DNA of 24,000 bases, taken from positions 601,327-625,326 of the forward strand of contig NZ_CP057483.1 of the NCBI RefSeq assembly GCF_013836145.1, written 5' to 3'. Below the pieces are notes generated by a model. That model was not told the DNA's origin and did not search any database. It was given only the letters and a program-made list of their open reading frames with translations. This document shows positions 21,377-24,000 of the stretch, in pieces. The stretch comes from Citrobacter sp. RHB25-C09. GTDB lineage: Bacteria > Pseudomonadota > Gammaproteobacteria > Enterobacterales > Enterobacteriaceae. Numbering within the stretch: the first letter of the stretch is position 1; each line of letters starts with the position of its first letter. The position numbers were made by a program, and so were the translations under genes.

Positions 21377-21676
21377 ATGCCAGCAGTCATTGATAAAGCA
21401 TTAGATTTTATTAACGGTATGAACACATCAGCTCCAACTCCGCAACCTATGGATGAGAGCACCGCCAAAGGGATCCTTAAGTACCTGAAAGAACTGGGCC
21501 ATCCGGCCAGCGCCGCTGACATCACCGCGCGGGGAGAACAAGAGGGCTGGGATGCCGGGTTTACGAAGAAGGTTGCCAGGTGGGCGGAAAAACTGGAGTC
21601 CGGAGAGCGTCTTCTGATCCGAGATCCTGAGTATTTTTCGCAGTACATGCGCGAGCAACTCCAGGCCCTGGTATAA
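21377..21676 (+). CDS. 99-aa soluble protein of unknown function (possibly YoaC/DUF1889-like, unverified)
   Basis: ATG at 21377 with an AAGGA SD 7 nt upstream (the ORF-track start at 21344 is a GTG without SD). The product is MPAVIDKALDFINGMNTSAPTPQPMDESTAKGILKYLKELGHPASAADITARGEQEGWDAGFTKKVARWAEKLESGERLLIRDPEYFSQYMREQLQALV. It is helical and charged, with no TM segment or signal peptide, and its base composition is normal. The length and several motifs remind me of E. coli YoaC, but I cannot confirm that without a search. Confidence 0.6.
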   Translation: MPAVIDKALDFINGMNTSAPTPQPMDESTAKGILKYLKELGHPASAADITARGEQEGWDAGFTKKVARWAEKLESGERLLIRDPEYFSQYMREQLQALV

Positions 21677-21851
21677 GCTGAGCATGCTCGAGAAAATTAA
21701 CCTTTGATGATGCTCTCGCCGTTGAGGTGAGGGCGTCTTGTTGTAGTTTTGTTTCAACGTCTAAATAGTCAACATTCCCTTCTGTGAAACGTTAAATGAT
21801 TTTTCGTAGAAGCGCGGGATCGTTTCGTTAGGAACACCGCAATATCAATAA

Positions 21852-22067
21852 TTATCTCGATGTATCCTTTATGGCAGGAGTACCTTTTAAGCGCATCAAT
21901 AAATATATGATGCAGGTATTGATTACGAATGAAATCATAAAAAGTAGTAAGGTATAATTATCTGACCATTCCAGTTCCGTAACGAAGCTAAATTTTTCAG
22001 TGTATAAGTCATACAACAAAATGTCAGGGGATAGCAAACATAGGAGTGAATATACGGCGAAAAACAT
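21852..22067 (-). CDS. Small hydrophobic orphan ORF (71 aa from the first ATG; about 2 TM segments), possible orphan immunity protein or gene fragment
   Basis: MFFAVYSLLCLLSPDILLYDLYTEKFSFVTELEWSDNYTLLLFMISFVINTCIIYLLMRLKGTPAIKDTSR. It is very AT-rich and has no convincing SD. The ORF-track version (to 22133) starts at a TTG and overlaps the hcp stump. No homolog recognised. Confidence 0.3.
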   Translation of the reverse strand: MFFAVYSLLCLLSPDILLYDLYTEKFSFVTELEWSDNYTLLLFMISFVINTCIIYLLMRLKGTPAIKDTSR

Positions 22068-22110
22068 TAAGGTTCTAGTGCCCACATTAAAGCGTGATAT
22101 TTTGCATTCA

Positions 22111-22293
22111 TTAGAATACCTGCACTGTACCAAATGCCCTTAATTGAGTTGTGACCATTATTGAACCAGACAGCAACAGCCCATGCCCAAATCCTAACAC
22201 CTCAATACTTCCTTCACGATCGTGAACGTCTACAGCCCCTTTAATGTCTGCGCCTCCGTCGTCTTTTAACCAGAGATATGCAGGAATAGCCAT
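22111..22293 (-). pseudogene. hcp: 5' remnant of a type VI secretion hcp (tssD) gene
   Basis: MAIPAYLWLKDDGGADIKGAVDVHDREGSIEV... is the conserved N-terminus of enterobacterial Hcp proteins (about 160 aa when intact). Similarity is lost after roughly residue 33-41 and the frame stops at codon 60. The other two minus-strand frames are also closed within about 100 nt. Confidence 0.7.
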
Positions 22294-22566
22294 GATTAAA
22301 AATCCATTTCAGTAAACCAGAAGATGTCATCATCCTCGTTTTTTACCTGCGCATAATACAAATAGTGCTATGAATTTTTGACATATATCGATGATATTTA
22401 TGAAAGAAATAACAAGATGGGCATTTATATGCGTTGCTATGTAATCATTCAGCAGTATATGTGGTTTGTGAAGAAGTATGGGATAGTGAAATGAGTCAGG
22501 TGCCGATCAAAAACTTCAGATAAAAAAGTAGATTGTTACTGGAGCATTTCCCCATCGATGTTCCAG

Positions 22567-22601
22567 AAAAAACAAAAGGGCCGACGATTTCTCGCCAGCC
22601 C
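22567..22601 (-). terminator. Rho-independent terminator of ileX
   Basis: Minus strand: GGGCUGGCGA-GAAA-UCGUCGGCCC (10-bp stem with two G-U pairs, GAAA tetraloop) followed by UUUUGUUUUUU. It starts 10 nt after the tRNA 3' end. Confidence 0.65.
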
Positions 22602-22611
22602 TTGCGGTGTC

Positions 22612-22687
22612 TGGTGGCCCCTGCTGGACTTGAACCAGCGACCAAGCGATTATGAGTCGCCTGCTCTAACCACTGAGCTAAGGGGCC
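22612..22687 (-). tRNA. ileX: tRNA-Ile2 (anticodon CAU, lysidine-modified) = ileX
   Basis: The reverse complement is GGCCCCTTAGCTCAGTGGTTAGAGCAGGCGACTCATAATCGCTTGGTCGCTGGTTCAAGTCCAGCAGGGGCCACCA (76 nt). It forms a cloverleaf with the anticodon loop CT-CAT-AA and an encoded CCA. It matches my recollection of E. coli ileX and its position next to mug. Formally it is a CAU-anticodon tRNA (Met-type by sequence alone). Confidence 0.93.
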
Positions 22688-22697
22688 GTGGCGGTGA

Positions 22698-22703
22698 ATT
22701 ATA
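22698..22703 (-). promoter_or_regulatory. Candidate -10 (TATAAT) of the ileX promoter with a GC-rich discriminator
   Basis: Minus strand: TATAAT followed by TCACCGCCAC, then the mature tRNA 5' end. A GC-rich discriminator is typical of stringently controlled stable-RNA promoters. The -35 is unclear (TTGCAG is only 13 nt upstream). Confidence 0.35.
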
Positions 22704-22811
22704 AAGTAACTCGGTGCTGCAATCCAGACATAACCGTACGGATGCTGTTTTTATAAACAACGTATTTTCAATCCGTTATACTTTTCCCATGGGCGATAGG
22801 GTGGAGTAATC

Positions 22812-23318
22812 ATGGTTAAAGATATTTTAGCGCCGGGGCTGCGCGTGGTGTTTTGCGGTATCAATCCTGGGCTTTCTTCGGCGGGGAGAGGGTTACCGTT
22901 TGCTCATCCGGCAAATCGATTCTGGAAGGTCATCCATCAGGCTGGATTTACTGACCGGCAGCTCAAGCCAGAAGAGGCAGAGACACTACTCGATTTCCGC
23001 TGTGGCGTGACTAAATTGGTCGACAGGCCAACGGTGCAGGCAAACGAGATCTCGCGTCAGGAAATGCACGAAGGTGGACGGAACCTGATCGCCAAAATTG
23101 AGGACTACCAGCCGCAGGCATTGGCGATTTTAGGCAAGCAGGCATTTGAGCAGGGCTTTAGTCAGCGCGGTGCGCAGTGGGGAAAACAGCGTATTACCAT
23201 TGGTGCGACACAGGTCTGGGTATTGCCTAACACTAGCGGGTTGAGTCGAATTACGCTCGATAAGCTGGTTGAAGCGTTCAGGGAACTGGATGAGGCGCTG
23301 GTAGTGCGTGGAAGGTAG
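22812..23318 (+). CDS. mug: G/U mismatch-specific DNA glycosylase Mug
   Basis: A 168-aa ORF ([24 protein letters not shown]...FAHPANRFW...LPNTSGLS) containing the GINPG and NPSGLS-type motifs. It is near-identical to recalled E. coli Mug. Confidence 0.95.
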   Translation: MVKDILAPGLRVVFCGINPGLSSAGRGLPFAHPANRFWKVIHQAGFTDRQLKPEEAETLLDFRCGVTKLVDRPTVQANEISRQEMHEGGRNLIAKIEDYQPQALAILGKQAFEQGFSQRGAQWGKQRITIGATQVWVLPNTSGLSRITLDKLVEAFRELDEALVVRGR

Positions 23319-23322
23319 AGAG

Positions 23323-23352
23323 TAAAAAAAAACGCCACCCGAAGGTGGCGTT
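23323..23352 (-). terminator. Strong rho-independent terminator of rpoD (also closes mug on the other strand)
   Basis: AACGCCACC-CGAA-GGTGGCGTT (23331-23352). On the minus strand it is followed by a run of 9 T; on the plus strand by AGTATTTT (weaker). Confidence 0.8.
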
Positions 23353-23371
23353 AGTATTTTATGCGACGAGA

Positions 23372-24000
23372 TTAATCGTCCAGGAAGCTACGCAGCACTT
23401 CAGAGCGGCTCGGGTGACGCAGTTTACGCAGCGCCTTCGCTTCGATCTGACGGATACGTTCACGGGTAACGTCGAACTGTTTACCCACTTCTTCCAGCGT
23501 GTGGTCGGTGTTCATATCGATACCGAAACGCATACGCAGGACTTTTGCTTCACGGGCGGTCAGGCCAGCCAGAACGTCGTGAGTGGCGGCGCGCAGGCTC
23601 TCGGTAGTCGCAGAGTCCAGCGGCAGCTCGAGGGTGGTATCCTCGATGAAATCACCCAGATGCGAATCTTCATCGTCACCGATCGGGGTTTCCATGGAGA
23701 TCGGCTCTTTAGCGATCTTCAGTACTTTACGGATCTTGTCTTCCGGCATCAGCATACGTTCGGCCAGCTCTTCCGGCGTTGGCTCGCGGCCCATCTCTTG
23801 CAGCATCTGACGGGAAATACGGTTGAGCTTGTTGATCGTCTCAATCATATGCACCGGAATACGGATGGTGCGCGCCTGATCCGCGATAGAGCGGGTGATT
23901 GCCTGACGGATCCACCAGGTTGCGTAGGTGGAGAACTTATAACCACGACGATATTCAAACTTATCTACCGCTTTCATCAGACCGATATTGCCTTCCTGGA
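23372..24000 (-). CDS. rpoD: RNA polymerase sigma70 factor RpoD, C-terminal part (regions 2.x-4.2); the 5' end lies outside the window
   Basis: The frame stays open to the window edge (…[58 protein letters not shown]…[11 protein letters not shown]). The M at 23977 in the ORF track is internal. Confidence 0.97.
   Translation of the reverse strand, partial: QEGNIGLMKAVDKFEYRRGYKFSTYATWWIRQAITRSIADQARTIRIPVHMIETINKLNRISRQMLQEMGREPTPEELAERMLMPEDKIRKVLKIAKEPISMETPIGDDEDSHLGDFIEDTTLELPLDSATTESLRAATHDVLAGLTAREAKVLRMRFGIDMNTDHTLEEVGKQFDVTRERIRQIEAKALRKLRHPSRSEVLRSFLDD

Noticed and set aside
21428-21757. 109-aa minus-strand ORF overlapping the 99-aa gene
   Set aside because: It is antisense to a better-formed gene that has an SD and ATG. 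It has no SD of its own and a basic low-complexity sequence, so it is most likely an artefact.
22391-22444. 17-codon ORF (MIFMKEITRWAFICVAM) and other 7-11 codon ORFs in the AT-rich spacer, considered as type I toxin-like peptides
   Set aside because: They are not convincingly hydrophobic or TM-like, have no SD, and show no adjacent antisense-RNA signature. Such ORFs are expected by chance in AT-rich DNA.

Overview
This is a chromosomal core segment of an enterobacterium (Escherichia/Citrobacter-like). The proteins are close to, but not identical with, the E. coli K-12 sequences I recall. Gene order is colinear with, and inverted relative to, the K-12 ~69-min region as I remember it: sstT(5' end) - alx - ygjR - ygjP - rlmG - fadH - ygjK - ygjJ - ygjI - ebgC - ebgA - ebgR - ygjH - patA - aer - yqjH - [1.35-kb islet] - ileX(tRNA-Ile2) - mug - rpoD(3' part).

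Regulatory and structural elements readable from the sequence:
- the yybP-ykoY/pH-responsive leader of alx with its attenuator hairpin
- a sigma54 promoter and TTG start for patA
- a sigma28 promoter for aer
- a Fur box in front of yqjH
- a FadR-like site in front of fadH
- three REP/BIME clusters and several intrinsic terminators

I see no rRNA, CRISPR array, IS element, transposase or integrase.

Compared with my memory of K-12, ygjQ, the higBA (ygjNM) toxin-antitoxin pair and yqjI are absent, and about 1.35 kb of extra DNA lies between yqjH and ileX.

I cannot point to a complete novel multi-gene system. The best accessory candidate is the AT-rich islet at the ileX tRNA. It holds a 5' stump of a T6SS hcp gene, an overlapping small 2-TM orphan ORF (possible orphan immunity gene) and a 99-aa protein of unknown function.

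Two other items deserve follow-up. One is the tightly packed ebgAC-ygjIJK cluster, whose natural substrate is unknown. The other is a pair of nearly identical AT-rich palindromes flanking ebgR.

All homology statements rest on recognising the translated sequences from memory. No database search was run.
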